Virus record (IMG/VR): IMGVR_UViG_3300025012_000049
Span: 1-64,000 of that record
DNA: 64,000 nt
Source of the DNA: a virus
Strand: one strand, 5' to 3'
Shown: positions 37,246-47,504 of the stretch, in pieces
How the letters are laid out: each line of letters begins with the position of its first letter
Position numbering within the stretch: position 1 is the first letter of the stretch
Notes under the pieces: generated by a model
Seen by the model: only the letters and a program-made list of their open reading frames with translations
Told to the model about the DNA's origin: nothing
Databases searched by the model: none
Translations under genes and position numbers: made by a program

Positions 37246-38150
37246 TAAACAATATGAAAAAACTAATATTTAGAAATAAACGAGCAATAGGTGACAATTT
37301 AATATTTACCACCACAATTAGAGAATTACATAAACAATATCCACAACAACATCAAACAGGAATAGCAACATATTACCCCGAAGTTTATTATAATAATCAA
37401 TTTATTACCTTGTTTGATTTATATGATAAACACCAAAATATACCAATAATTGATATTGATTACGGAGATAATTTTCAGCATAGAAAAACTTCGGGAAAAC
37501 ATTTTGCAGAATTTTACATCAATGAAGTAAACAAAAAACTAAATTTAAACATTGAATTAACCGATTGTAGACCACACTTAACTATTACTGTAGAAGAAAT
37601 AACTAAAGCTAAAGAAATATTGGAAAAACAAAACATACCAGAAAAGTTTTGGTTATTATCACCAGCCATTAAACAAGATATACCGTTAAAAAATTATTCC
37701 GCAAAACGTTGGCAGGAATTTTGTAATCTGGCTAAAGAAAATAATATTAATATTGTGCAAACCGGAGATAGCACAGCACTTAATCCTTGTTTAAAAAATA
37801 TAATTTCTCTGGTTGGAAAATTAAATCTCAGAGAGTATTTTGCTGTTGCTTTATTATCAAGAGGAATGATTGGGCATGTGTCTTTACAAACTCATTTGGC
37901 GGCAGCTTTAAATAAACCCTGTATCACTGTTGCCGGTTCCAGAGAAGGAAATCACCTATATAGTTATCCAAAACAACATTATCTTCATTCTATTGGTTTC
38001 CTTGAATGCTGTAAAGAAACTGCTTGTTGGAAAAAAACCATTCAAGATTGTGAAAATTATGATTACCAAAAAGGTATTAGCGGTTGTATGCAATTAATTA
38101 ACCCAAAACAAATTGTAGATATTGTTTTAAAGTATGAAGGAAGATACTAA
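37242..38150 (+). CDS. Glycosyltransferase family 9 (heptosyltransferase-like)
   Basis: RAIGDNL, SLVGKLNLRE, HVSLQTHLAAALNKPCITVAG. Confidence 0.85.
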   Translation: MINNMKKLIFRNKRAIGDNLIFTTTIRELHKQYPQQHQTGIATYYPEVYYNNQFITLFDLYDKHQNIPIIDIDYGDNFQHRKTSGKHFAEFYINEVNKKLNLNIELTDCRPHLTITVEEITKAKEILEKQNIPEKFWLLSPAIKQDIPLKNYSAKRWQEFCNLAKENNINIVQTGDSTALNPCLKNIISLVGKLNLREYFAVALLSRGMIGHVSLQTHLAAALNKPCITVAGSREGNHLYSYPKQHYLHSIGFLECCKETACWKKTIQDCENYDYQKGISGCMQLINPKQIVDIVLKYEGRY

Positions 38151-38191
38151 TATTTTGGTTGGCAAAAGAAAAGATAACATGATAATATTAC

Positions 38192-39019
38192 TTGAATTTA
38201 ATAGAGGCAGAAATGAGGTTAATAGACAGGTTAAAGAATGAACAACGTAGTCTTTTATCTTTCAGGCATGGTCTAGGTGATATAATTCAGTTTTTTCCCA
38301 TATATAAAGAGATTTGCAGAATAACTGGTAAACGAATTGATTTAGGTGTAGAAAATAAACGGCAATTTCAACTATTATTTCCTAATGTGGTTTCAATTGA
38401 CAAAATGAGGGATGATGTTAAATCACGTTATTCCTTTATTCATCGAGTTGCTTATAGGGAACCACAAGGAGAGTTATCTAAACCCTACGAATGTGCAATC
38501 AATGAATTTGGTTTAAAAGATTTTGTATGGGAACCATACCAATTTAAAACAGAATTAAATAATGAAAACAGTAAACAGATAGGTATTAATTTTTTTGGAA
38601 TTACGGGCAGTAATAAAGAATCTAAGTTTTGTTCTTTGACAACCGCATATAGTATTTGGGAAGAGATTCAACAAGCTGGTTATAATCCTTTTGAGTTGTA
38701 TCAGAGAGTTGGTTTTATCACTGACTACTATCGTGAAGGGTTACAAGTACCTGACGAATTCCCACTTGCTGATAATGTCAACTCTCTGCGTTTTCAAAAA
38801 CCCGATCTTGGGTTGATTATAAATGAAATAAAAAAAAGTAGAAAGGTCATTTCCACTGATTCAGGAATCCTTTATTTAGCTATCATGTTGCTAGGAAAGG
38901 AGAATGTTATTGGTTTAGAAAATGAAAAGAAAATCAGTAAATATTTGCCCATTGAAATTATCAAGGTTAATATTAAATGTTATAAACGAGGTACAATTTA
39001 TAATTTATTAAAATATTAA
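38192..39019 (+). CDS. GT9-like (GT-B fold) glycosyltransferase
   Basis: HGLGDIIQF, ISTDSGILYLA. Confidence 0.7.
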   Translation: MNLIEAEMRLIDRLKNEQRSLLSFRHGLGDIIQFFPIYKEICRITGKRIDLGVENKRQFQLLFPNVVSIDKMRDDVKSRYSFIHRVAYREPQGELSKPYECAINEFGLKDFVWEPYQFKTELNNENSKQIGINFFGITGSNKESKFCSLTTAYSIWEEIQQAGYNPFELYQRVGFITDYYREGLQVPDEFPLADNVNSLRFQKPDLGLIINEIKKSRKVISTDSGILYLAIMLLGKENVIGLENEKKISKYLPIEIIKVNIKCYKRGTIYNLLKY

Positions 39020-39067
39020 GGAGGTTAGAATGAAACATGATTTTCATTGTGGTGGAGGGATTGTGTC

Positions 39068-39478
39068 ATGGACGTGGTAAAAGAATGGTTATCTAATCCA
39101 ATACTATTTGCTTTGGCCGCTTTATTTTTTTATATGGGTAAGAAACTATTTGACCATATGTTTGATTATCTAATAAAGAAAACCAAAACAGAATATGTAA
39201 CCGCTGAAGATTTTGAAAAATATATAGAAAAAACTAAGGAAGCCTTTGAAAGTTATATCAAAGAATCTAAAAAAGATTTTGAAAAAACTTGCAAAGAAAA
39301 TATGGATGCTTGTTCTCTTCATCGACATGAATCAATTGCATGGCTAGAACCAACTATGAAAAAGATGATTAAACAAAATGTGGAGATAAAAAAAATAATG
39401 CACTTGTTTGGTACAAAAATAGGTGTAGATGAATCCGTGCTGGCTAAATTGATAAATGGTGACTCTGAGGATTTTTAA
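39068..39478 (+). CDS. Single-TM membrane protein (holin/lysis-associated)
   Basis: N-terminal TM plus soluble helical domain; GGAGG RBS before ATG 39068; upstream of the lysin. Confidence 0.55.
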   Translation: MDVVKEWLSNPILFALAALFFYMGKKLFDHMFDYLIKKTKTEYVTAEDFEKYIEKTKEAFESYIKESKKDFEKTCKENMDACSLHRHESIAWLEPTMKKMIKQNVEIKKIMHLFGTKIGVDESVLAKLINGDSEDF

Positions 39479-39498
39479 TATAATCAATGGAGATATAA

Positions 39499-39663
39499 AT
39501 GTCTGACACCAAGGAATATGATTGTTTTAAAAATACTAAGAAACACTGCATAAATTCACCAAGCGGTTTTTGTTCCAACAGAGGTCATCTCGATAAATGT
39601 ATCCATCAACAAGGCTGTATTGTTCCAGAAAGACCTTTTGAACAGAAGATTATTAAGAAATAA
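39499..39663 (+). CDS. Small Cys-rich protein (not in the ORF track)
   Basis: GGAG RBS; MSDTKEYDCFKNTKKHCINSPSGFCSNRGHLDKC... Confidence 0.5.
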   Translation: MSDTKEYDCFKNTKKHCINSPSGFCSNRGHLDKCIHQQGCIVPERPFEQKIIKK

Positions 39664-39674
39664 AGGAGGTATTT

Positions 39675-39908
39675 ATGGAGGGTATTATTACCAATATTGA
39701 ACAATACATGAATCATGTTTTTGTTATCCTTACTATTTTATTTATTATCTCAGAAGGACTGGCACAAATTCCATCTATAAAAGCCAATAGTGTCTTTCAA
39801 GCATTATCCAACATTATAAAAAACCTTTATGGTTTGTTTGGTAAAAAACAATTGGTAGTAAAAGAAAAGGAAATAAAGCAGGAGGGAGAGAATGTCACAA
39901 ATACTTGA
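39675..39908 (+). CDS. Putative holin
   Basis: TM plus ISEGLAQIPSIKANSVFQ, a motif seen in small phage holins. Confidence 0.6.
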   Translation: MEGIITNIEQYMNHVFVILTILFIISEGLAQIPSIKANSVFQALSNIIKNLYGLFGKKQLVVKEKEIKQEGENVTNT

Positions 39909-40128
39909 GGAACGTTTACATAAAGCTATATCCCTAGCTAAAAGTAAAGGCATAAAGGTTATTAACTGTTCACGATTTTTCTTTGAGTATTACTATCCTC
40001 ATGAACGTATGGATGCTAATAGTCGGGAACGATTTTATTATTTACAAGTATTTGACAAACTAAATTCTATGGGTGTATTAAAAGAAGATGGGATGGTATG
40101 GAGAGTGTTTTTAAATGAACAGAAATAA
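39892..40128 (+). CDS. Hypothetical protein
   Basis: GGAGGGAG RBS; overlapping ORF. Confidence 0.55.
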   Translation: MSQILEERLHKAISLAKSKGIKVINCSRFFFEYYYPHERMDANSRERFYYLQVFDKLNSMGVLKEDGMVWRVFLNEQK

Positions 40129-40136
40129 TACATACT

Positions 40137-40172
40137 AAAAGAGCCTATCAGAATTAGCTGATAGGCTCTTTT
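40137..40172 (+). terminator. Intrinsic (possibly bidirectional) terminator before the lysin
   Basis: AAAAGAGCCTATCAG-loop-CTGATAGGCTCTTTT. Confidence 0.75.
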
Positions 40173-40199
40173 GTTTATCTACAATTTAAGGAGTTAATT

Positions 40200-40781
40200 A
40201 TGTCAGATTTTGAAGATAGCTATAAGAAACTGATTGGTCATGAGGGAGAATATAGTCATGACCCCAATGATAATGGTGGAGAAACGTATAAAGGTATATC
40301 AAGGGTACACCATCCTGATTGGGAAGGTTGGAAAATTATTGATGAAGCAAAAAACAAACCAAATTTTCCAATTAATTTAAGGAGTAATCAAGAATTGGAA
40401 AATTTGGTTATGGTGTTTTATAAACAATATTATTGGGATAAAATAAAATTGGATAATATAAATTCCCCAAAAATAAAATATGAATTGTTTGAAATTGGGG
40501 TAAATATGGGTTTAGGTATTGCTGTTAAATTTTTACAAGAATCTATAAATTTACTGAATAGAAACAAAAAGAATTATACTAATATAGAGGTTGATGGTAA
40601 TATTGGTACAGATACCTTGTTAAAAACTCAGAAACTACTAGATATAGGTGATGAACATATCTTGTTTAATTTAATAAACATGTTGCAAGGAGAACGTTAT
40701 ATAGAAATTTGTCGTAGAAATGAAACCCAAGAAACATTTATCCGTGGATGGTTAAATAGAATTGATATAGTTAAAAATTAA
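40200..40781 (+). CDS. Endolysin, glycoside hydrolase family 108 with peptidoglycan-binding domain
   Basis: HEGEYSHDPNDNGGETYKGIS; VDGNIG; FIRGWLNR. Confidence 0.9.
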   Translation: MSDFEDSYKKLIGHEGEYSHDPNDNGGETYKGISRVHHPDWEGWKIIDEAKNKPNFPINLRSNQELENLVMVFYKQYYWDKIKLDNINSPKIKYELFEIGVNMGLGIAVKFLQESINLLNRNKKNYTNIEVDGNIGTDTLLKTQKLLDIGDEHILFNLINMLQGERYIEICRRNETQETFIRGWLNRIDIVKN

Positions 40782-42870
40782 TTTGTTTTTTAAATATTTG
40801 TTTTAATTGTTTGAATGTAAGGCTATTTGGGTCAGCCTCTTTACCATTTACATCTGGCAAAATAATAAAATCAACATCCATTGGAAAAGTATCTTTATAT
40901 TTTTTATAGTCAAACCATGCTTTAGAATCTAGTATAAATATAACCTGTTTAGGATTTTTTTCAATCAATAATTTTATCTGGTTTCTGGATAATGATTTAA
41001 CAAATCCCGTGGTAACAGAAAATTTATCAGGGTAATAATGTTTAACAAAACTTTTTAAATGTAAAGCATCCAAATAACCTTCAGTTACTAATACAGGTTT
41101 ACTTTCAATAATATCATCTTCCCATAAAAGATAATGTGCCAAGTTTGGTGGGATATGATATTTTTTAAAAGTAATAAATCGCCATTGATAACTGACAAGT
41201 TTACCACCAACATAAACAGGGAAAACAATCTTATTTGTATGCTGTTTTATTCCTATTCTGAGGTCATGTTTGACTATATCCCAAGGTTTGATCCGCCTTT
41301 CCTTGAGAAAGGCTTTTAATAGAGGATTTCTTGAAATAATACCTTGGGTAATAGGTCTATTTTCAGGGAGTTCATCCGTTCCTCGATAACTATATTCCTT
41401 TTCTTTCTTATTACCACCATAAAGTATTTGTTTTACTCGATCTTCTAAATCCATTTCTTGATTATCTGATAAGGATATTAAATATTTCGCAGCACCAATA
41501 ATGGAGGTGTTTTTTAATAAGGCAACAGTATTTAAAGGACCATAATTACATTTACAAATAAAACAGGTGATGTTTAAAGAATCTTTATTTAAAGCAGCGT
41601 GAAATCGAGAATCAGCACAATTCTTAACAACAGAACCATTTGCAGTGTATGTATGGTCATTTTCAATGGTTAAATTATAGACAAATGTATTTACATTTCT
41701 TAATAATTTTGTTTTTTTCAATTTACCATACCACTCACCATTTATAAAACGTATATTTTTATGTTTTTTAGCACTCCGATGTTTTGGGTTGTACCCAATA
41801 GTAACACAAGGTTTTCTTACTATACCATCTGCACCTGTTCTATAATTAGTAAATGTGTTTATAGAGGTTGGAAAACCAAGCCGCCTCAACAATATAGATG
41901 TTTGTAATGCTAAATGAAAACTGGTTGTAGTTAATGTTTTATGTCCTGTTTTTGTGGTACAACCATCACCGTCAAACAAACCCTTTAAAAATTTCCGAAT
42001 AGAATAAACATTTGAATTATATAAAATTTCATCAGGTACAATTTTATTTGTTGAGCCTCTTCCACACTTTATGAAATTTGGAACTTGTTTTACATCATTT
42101 AAATCTACAAACATACCAAGGTCATTTTTTTTATTATATTTTTTTCCTTTTTTATAAAAATTTATAATTTTGTCTGCTATATTTTTTTTTGTTGTTTGAT
42201 TCAAAGAAAAGGAAATTGTTCGTAAATTTTTTCCCCCACCAATTGAGCCTTCTGCACAATAAAGACCTAGAAAATAGGCATTATCAACTATTTTATTAAA
42301 TTTTGTTTTTATATCGGGAAGTTTTACCCATAAATTGTTTTTGTTAAATGCGTTGTTTGAAAAATCCCCAGCTTTGATTTTATTAAATAACCAAGTTTGG
42401 TGTGTTCTTGTTGTACTGCCTTGTGATTTTTTTTCTACATAACCATAAATATGTTTACCATTAATAATTTCAGCACAGTATATTTCATGATTTTTTGTAC
42501 ATTTGGTTGGCTTCACCATACCATACGCAAAATACTCTATTAAATTTTCTCTTTCTATTTTTCTTTTCCAAAATTTTAAAATTTTATTAAAATGACCATT
42601 TTTGGACAACACACCACCATTATATGATTCTAAATTTTCAATTGGAATCATGCCATTTTCAGTAAGGATTAAAGTATCACCAGTAAAACAATTAGGGCAT
42701 GGAGAGATACCAATAAAACCTTTGGAACTAGAAATATTTTTACCTTCCAAAGAATATTCTAAATTACTATTATCCAATAATTCAAAAATATCTATTTTTT
42801 CTAAACCCTGTTGTATTCTATAATCATTAAAATCAATATCATGATGTTTTTCTTTATTATATTTCTTCAT
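40771..42870 (-). CDS. DNA primase (Zn-finger + Toprim) containing an intein
   Basis: After splicing: CPNC...H...CFIC Zn finger; Toprim VTEGYLDA. Confidence 0.85.
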   Translation of the reverse strand: MKKYNKEKHHDIDFNDYRIQQGLEKIDIFELLDNSNLEYSLEGKNISSSKGFIGISPCPNCFTGDTLILTENGMIPIENLESYNGGVLSKNGHFNKILKFWKRKIERENLIEYFAYGMVKPTKCTKNHEIYCAEIINGKHIYGYVEKKSQGSTTRTHQTWLFNKIKAGDFSNNAFNKNNLWVKLPDIKTKFNKIVDNAYFLGLYCAEGSIGGGKNLRTISFSLNQTTKKNIADKIINFYKKGKKYNKKNDLGMFVDLNDVKQVPNFIKCGRGSTNKIVPDEILYNSNVYSIRKFLKGLFDGDGCTTKTGHKTLTTTSFHLALQTSILLRRLGFPTSINTFTNYRTGADGIVRKPCVTIGYNPKHRSAKKHKNIRFINGEWYGKLKKTKLLRNVNTFVYNLTIENDHTYTANGSVVKNCADSRFHAALNKDSLNITCFICKCNYGPLNTVALLKNTSIIGAAKYLISLSDNQEMDLEDRVKQILYGGNKKEKEYSYRGTDELPENRPITQGIISRNPLLKAFLKERRIKPWDIVKHDLRIGIKQHTNKIVFPVYVGGKLVSYQWRFITFKKYHIPPNLAHYLLWEDDIIESKPVLVTEGYLDALHLKSFVKHYYPDKFSVTTGFVKSLSRNQIKLLIEKNPKQVIFILDSKAWFDYKKYKDTFPMDVDFIILPDVNGKEADPNSLTFKQLKQIFKKQINF
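41620..42690 (-). mobile_element. Intein (357 aa) with LAGLIDADG homing endonuclease
   Basis: Block A CFTGDTLILT, block B CTKNHEI, LAGLIDADG motifs LGLYCAEG and LKGLFDGDG, blocks F/G VYNLTIENDHTYTANGSVVKN/C. Confidence 0.92.
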
Positions 42871-44270
42871 AGGAGTAATCTTTTCTTAAACCACCCTTTT
42901 TCTTTATATAATTCTATTCTTTTTTTAGAATATTCAAGGAAGTAACTATGATATTTTTGTTTGCCAATAACTGTATCATAGGAATCAATAATTATAGCTT
43001 TATCTTTCCCTTCTGAGACACGCCTTGCTCGACCAATGGATTGTAGAATGGATATTTCTGATTTTCTTGCTGAACCAAGTACCAAACAATCCAAGGATAC
43101 AATATTTGTTCCAGTTTTAAAAATTCCGGTAGCTATGACTAATTTTATTTTTTTATCTTCCAATGTTTCTTTTATCTGTTCATTTATTTTGGAATGTTTT
43201 CTACCGTGTGCTATTTTATTCTTAATCCCCATTTTTGCTGCTAAATAACCCACTTGTTCCGCCTGACTGATTTCATCCACTAAGAATAAAACTGTTTTGC
43301 CTTTATTAATAGCTAAATATTTTGCTGCTTTCAATAATTTAATGTTTCTTTTTTCTGATAAACAAATGTCATTTCTAAAGACTCCATGATAGTTTTTACC
43401 TTGTGGTTCCTTACATAAAAAATTAACCATATAAACATCACAAGAAACAACTCTTGATTTAACAACATCATCTTCCAATTCTTTTAGAGAGGAACCAATA
43501 TTTCCAGTCATTTCTAAAAATGCCTGTTTATTATTTTCATATTTTTGAGTGGTGGCCGTCAAACCATAACGATAATGAACATTGGTCAATTGTTTGGAAA
43601 TCTTCGACAGAGAACTTGAAGCAGCATGAACTTCATCAGCCAGCCATAAATTACAAATTTTATTATATTTTCGTAAATCGTATTTAGCAACACTTTGATA
43701 TAAACCAATGGTGATATGGGATATATCACAATGACCATCCCCTACCCTGCCAATTTCAATATCAGGAAACCATTTACAAAAGTCTTTATAGAATTGATTA
43801 AAGATAGTTTTATTTATGGTGGTTATTAGAGCTATTGGAAAATTCAATTTAGCAATAATACCAGCAGCTATGGCAGACTTACCACTAGCTGTTGGGGCTA
43901 TAAAAATACCACGTTTATTTTTTCTAGTGCTATCAATAACTTTAATCTGATAATCTTCAAAGGTTATACCATTAAGTTTTGGGTTTTTTATTGTTTTTAA
44001 AGTTTTATCAATTTCCTGTATAACTGTTTCATAACCAAGTCCATCAAGTTTTTCTAAGATAAAATCAATTAGACCATAAGGGAACTTGTTATTACGGCGA
44101 TCTAAAAGAGAAAAAGTAACCTTTTCTGGTCTTGGTTTATATTTTAACTTTATTATTTTCTCATAGGATAAAGCTTCCCATACATCCATAATTTGTTCTT
44201 CTGTGCCAATAACTTTACCATAATGACCATCAATTTGTTTCAGGGTGATTGTTTTCATATTATTTAGCAT
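42867..44270 (-). CDS. SF2 DNA helicase (UvsW-like)
   Basis: APTASGKS, DEVH, GLTAT, QSIGRARR. Confidence 0.88.
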   Translation of the reverse strand: MLNNMKTITLKQIDGHYGKVIGTEEQIMDVWEALSYEKIIKLKYKPRPEKVTFSLLDRRNNKFPYGLIDFILEKLDGLGYETVIQEIDKTLKTIKNPKLNGITFEDYQIKVIDSTRKNKRGIFIAPTASGKSAIAAGIIAKLNFPIALITTINKTIFNQFYKDFCKWFPDIEIGRVGDGHCDISHITIGLYQSVAKYDLRKYNKICNLWLADEVHAASSSLSKISKQLTNVHYRYGLTATTQKYENNKQAFLEMTGNIGSSLKELEDDVVKSRVVSCDVYMVNFLCKEPQGKNYHGVFRNDICLSEKRNIKLLKAAKYLAINKGKTVLFLVDEISQAEQVGYLAAKMGIKNKIAHGRKHSKINEQIKETLEDKKIKLVIATGIFKTGTNIVSLDCLVLGSARKSEISILQSIGRARRVSEGKDKAIIIDSYDTVIGKQKYHSYFLEYSKKRIELYKEKGWFKKRLLL

Positions 44271-44461
44271 TCATGTATGTCGGTACTACCACAAGTACAA
44301 CATTCTAAATCATAATCACCAGCAAAGTATTTAATAGTTTTAAATCCATGCAAATTACCACACTCATTACAGATATATTTTGGCTTTCTATGTTTTTTAT
44401 CTTTGTTTTTTTCAACATTAACATCAAACATACAATTAATACCTTTCAAAGAGTTCTTCAA
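44264..44461 (-). CDS. Zn-ribbon hypothetical protein
   Basis: CNECG...CCTCGS. Confidence 0.55.
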   Translation of the reverse strand: MKNSLKGINCMFDVNVEKNKDKKHRKPKYICNECGNLHGFKTIKYFAGDYDLECCTCGSTDIHEC

Positions 44462-44633
44462 GTTTATTCAATTGGTTTACAGTCAGCTTAAAACCTTTAT
44501 AAAAACGGGTTTTAATATCATAAATAAAATCTACTGACCAATCACTATCAATAAACCCCCTATCACATTGTTCTACCAATTTATCAATCATCAGTTTTGT
44601 TCTAGGATTCAATTCAAGTATTGTTTTCATCAC
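44436..44633 (-). CDS. Hypothetical protein
   Basis: SDWSVDFI...LT..Q...L pattern; AGGAG RBS. Confidence 0.6.
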   Translation of the reverse strand: MMKTILELNPRTKLMIDKLVEQCDRGFIDSDWSVDFIYDIKTRFYKGFKLTVNQLNKLEELFERY

Positions 44634-44647
44634 TTTCTCCTATTATA

Positions 44648-45115
44648 TTATTTCAAAATAAAACCAGTACCAGAACTACCAAAACCACCTTTACCACGAT
44701 CTGTTGCTTCTGGAAATAATTCATCCAAAGAATTAACAATTTTTATTGGTGAACATAAGATAGGCATAAGAATAAACTGAATAACTTTTTCCCCAGCATA
44801 AACCATAACTTTTTCATCAGAGGTATTAAACAAACAGATACCTATTTCCCCCATATAACCACTGTCAACTACCCCACCAATATATTTCAGACCTTTCTTT
44901 GTACCAACACCTGATTTATCTTCAGCTTTTAACATATATCCATGAGGTATTCTTGCATGTATCCCTGAAGGAATCATGTGGCGTTGATGCGGAAAAAAAC
45001 CAATAGGATTAACAAAATTAGGCACAAAAAAATCAAGACCAGCATCGTGTTCAAAAACACGTTCAGGGCTTCTTACACATTTTGATTTGTATATCAGTAA
45101 TGGTAGATAAGACAT
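44648..45115 (-). CDS. dut: Trimeric dUTPase
   Basis: DAGLDF, KSG, GVVDSGYMGE, RGKGGFGSSG. Confidence 0.93.
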   Translation of the reverse strand: MSYLPLLIYKSKCVRSPERVFEHDAGLDFFVPNFVNPIGFFPHQRHMIPSGIHARIPHGYMLKAEDKSGVGTKKGLKYIGGVVDSGYMGEIGICLFNTSDEKVMVYAGEKVIQFILMPILCSPIKIVNSLDELFPEATDRGKGGFGSSGTGFILK

Positions 45116-45116
45116 T

Positions 45117-45374
45117 TTAACATACCCCTGATTTATTATTATAATAAATAGATTTTTTAAGATTACTTACAGAGTATGGTTCAATTTTATCCAATTTTTT
45201 CCAACCTTTTTTTAACATAGGGTCAGTCGGAAAGACAGATTTAGTATTAAATACCAACCAATCTTTTAAATAAACAAACCCATCTTCTTCAAGCTTATGA
45301 ATAACAATTTTCAAATTACCTTTTTCTAAAACATCACCAATATTCCAGCTTTTTTTCAATTGTTTTTTAGTCAT
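45117..45374 (-). CDS. Hypothetical protein
   Basis: ORF in operon. Confidence 0.55.
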   Translation of the reverse strand: MTKKQLKKSWNIGDVLEKGNLKIVIHKLEEDGFVYLKDWLVFNTKSVFPTDPMLKKGWKKLDKIEPYSVSNLKKSIYYNNKSGVC

Positions 45375-45382
45375 GATGATTT

Positions 45383-45685
45383 CTACAGAAAAATTATTTG
45401 TTTGTTTAGGGATATAGCATAATGTAATTCTTTCTTTGTAGATTCACCAATATATCCATTTACATTTAAAATCAAAACTTCATCTGCCAATTCTATTTTC
45501 TTTAGATGTAATTCATCTAACATTTTCTTTATTGGTCCGTTCATATCTATATTTTCTTGGTGCCCAAATAAACCAACAGATAAAACAATTTTACCTTTGA
45601 GTGTTTCTTCTTTTTGTGCATTTATAAATGCTTCAGGAAAACGTGTAGAGCCACACAAACAGATTATAGTTGGAAAGCCAGTCAT
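45383..45685 (-). CDS. Nucleoside 2-deoxyribosyltransferase-like / DUF4406-like protein
   Basis: ICLCGSTRF...HLKKIELADEVLILN..GYIGEST..E..YA. Confidence 0.7.
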   Translation of the reverse strand: MTGFPTIICLCGSTRFPEAFINAQKEETLKGKIVLSVGLFGHQENIDMNGPIKKMLDELHLKKIELADEVLILNVNGYIGESTKKELHYAISLNKQIIFL

Positions 45686-46023
45686 GATGATTTTCCTTTC
45701 AGTTGTCGATAAATAATTAAAATTTCATTATTACTCATTTTTTCAAAATGGCTTCTAGGAATAATACTTTTACCATCATTTGTAATGTAATCAATCATCT
45801 TGGATATAACCTCCTTAGAACGTTTAAAGTTATTAAAATGGATAATATCACCAGATAATATATTTTCAATGGTTGCTTTTCTTTGTTTGACAATATTATG
45901 ATGTTTTCCGGTTTTACAGATTAAACATACAGGTGGTTTTTTTTCTATATAATATTGGTCAAAGAAACCACATAAAGAGGTTTGGTCAATCATTTGACAT
46001 TGTGCGCATATGAATTCTGGCAT
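45682..46023 (-). CDS. Zn-binding hypothetical protein
   Basis: CAQC...CLICKTGKHH. Confidence 0.6.
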   Translation of the reverse strand: MPEFICAQCQMIDQTSLCGFFDQYYIEKKPPVCLICKTGKHHNIVKQRKATIENILSGDIIHFNNFKRSKEVISKMIDYITNDGKSIIPRSHFEKMSNNEILIIYRQLKGKSS

Positions 46024-46035
46024 AATATTCCCTTT

Positions 46036-47469
46036 TTAATAACTTTCAACTTTGCTTTCATCTTCTACATCTTCATAATCATCACAAGGCATAGAATCTA
46101 AAGCTATTTGACCAATGGTTAAATCTCGGATAATACGAATTGTCCAATGCTGTTTTCCATGACGGAAATTAGCACAATATAAACGATAGCTATTTTCTTT
46201 TTCTTCTTTTTTAGTCTGGCACATAGTTAGTATTAAATCTGAATTAAATATTGTATCAATATCATCAGCAATCATATGGGAATGAAAGACCTTTGCCATT
46301 AAAGCTTTTCTGTTACCCTGCATTGCAGTAATACCAATTATATTTCTTTTACCACATATCTCTTTAAGACCAAGGCAATTTTCACCAATCCTATCTTTTT
46401 TTGATTGTCCTGATGATGTTTCACGCATAAGCCCTAAATAATCAACTACCAATACATCAGCAATAAAACCATCATTTAGCTCTGCTTCATTTAAAACTCG
46501 CTCAATATCCATATAATTCATACGACCACGGTTGAAAGCAATAACTTTCAAAGAACCACCACCAATTTTCTTTATACGTTTACGGTTTTTTTCAACCTCA
46601 TTAATATCATAAATGGATTTTACGTTATCGTTCACCTTTGCCCATTTTCCACGTTTATATTCCATTGTTTCCTGTGTACTATCAGTATCTTTTGATGACA
46701 TAAAGCCGGTTATTTGGTCTAATCTACCATCAATAATTTCTTTATTCATCTCCAATGAAACAAATAAAACATTTAATCCCTGTAAAAGTGCAGAAACAGA
46801 TAACTCTAACAAAGCCCAACTTTTACCAACCTTTGTTCCTGCAAGGATTGTGATAAGCCAAGGAGGATTAAAACCACCAACAAACTTATCAAGTTCTTCT
46901 ATTTTTGTTTTCATTTTGTATTTTGTTTCATTTAATCTTTTAAAGATATAACTTTTATCTGAAAAATAATCATAATACTCTTCTTGTTCTTCTATTTCAG
47001 ATTTTTTCATTGCTGCAAGTATAGTCATTTTTGCATCATCATATTTTTTACGTTTAATTAGAGAAGCAAATTCAACACTAGCTTCCTCCAAATAAAAATG
47101 ACGTAAAGCATCAGATAATCTGGAAAGAATATATTCATGATTTGAACCAGTAATACTTTTTAGTGTTTTTATTAAAGCCATGCACTGATCATATAATTCT
47201 TCAGACATGGTTTTTTCATGTTCTTTAAATAAATCATAAAAATTATCTTTGGGACTTATTTTAAAATCATAATAAAAATCATACAACATTTTCATGATGT
47301 ATTTTTTTTCTCTTGATTTAAAAGTATCCAAGGGGATAATCTTAACTACTTTACCTAAAAAATCATCATTTTTTATGCAATGGAAAATAACTTGGTTCCA
47401 ATATCTATTATTAAAATTCTCGTTTAGAAAATCTATTTTTGAACTTTGGTCATCATCATATTCAGGCAT
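46036..47469 (-). CDS. Replicative DnaB/gp41-like helicase
   Basis: Walker A AGTKVGKS, VSLEM, VVDYLGLM, TAMQGNR. Confidence 0.9.
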   Translation of the reverse strand: MPEYDDDQSSKIDFLNENFNNRYWNQVIFHCIKNDDFLGKVVKIIPLDTFKSREKKYIMKMLYDFYYDFKISPKDNFYDLFKEHEKTMSEELYDQCMALIKTLKSITGSNHEYILSRLSDALRHFYLEEASVEFASLIKRKKYDDAKMTILAAMKKSEIEEQEEYYDYFSDKSYIFKRLNETKYKMKTKIEELDKFVGGFNPPWLITILAGTKVGKSWALLELSVSALLQGLNVLFVSLEMNKEIIDGRLDQITGFMSSKDTDSTQETMEYKRGKWAKVNDNVKSIYDINEVEKNRKRIKKIGGGSLKVIAFNRGRMNYMDIERVLNEAELNDGFIADVLVVDYLGLMRETSSGQSKKDRIGENCLGLKEICGKRNIIGITAMQGNRKALMAKVFHSHMIADDIDTIFNSDLILTMCQTKKEEKENSYRLYCANFRHGKQHWTIRIIRDLTIGQIALDSMPCDDYEDVEDESKVESY

Positions 47470-47504
47470 TATAATACCCTCAATTTATTTTTACATATTA
47501 GTTT

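Noticed and set aside
39030-39080. 16-codon ORF MKHDFHCGGGIVSWTW with GGAGG RBS overlapping the holin-like start
   Set aside because: It could be a coupling peptide, but it is too short and has no other support.
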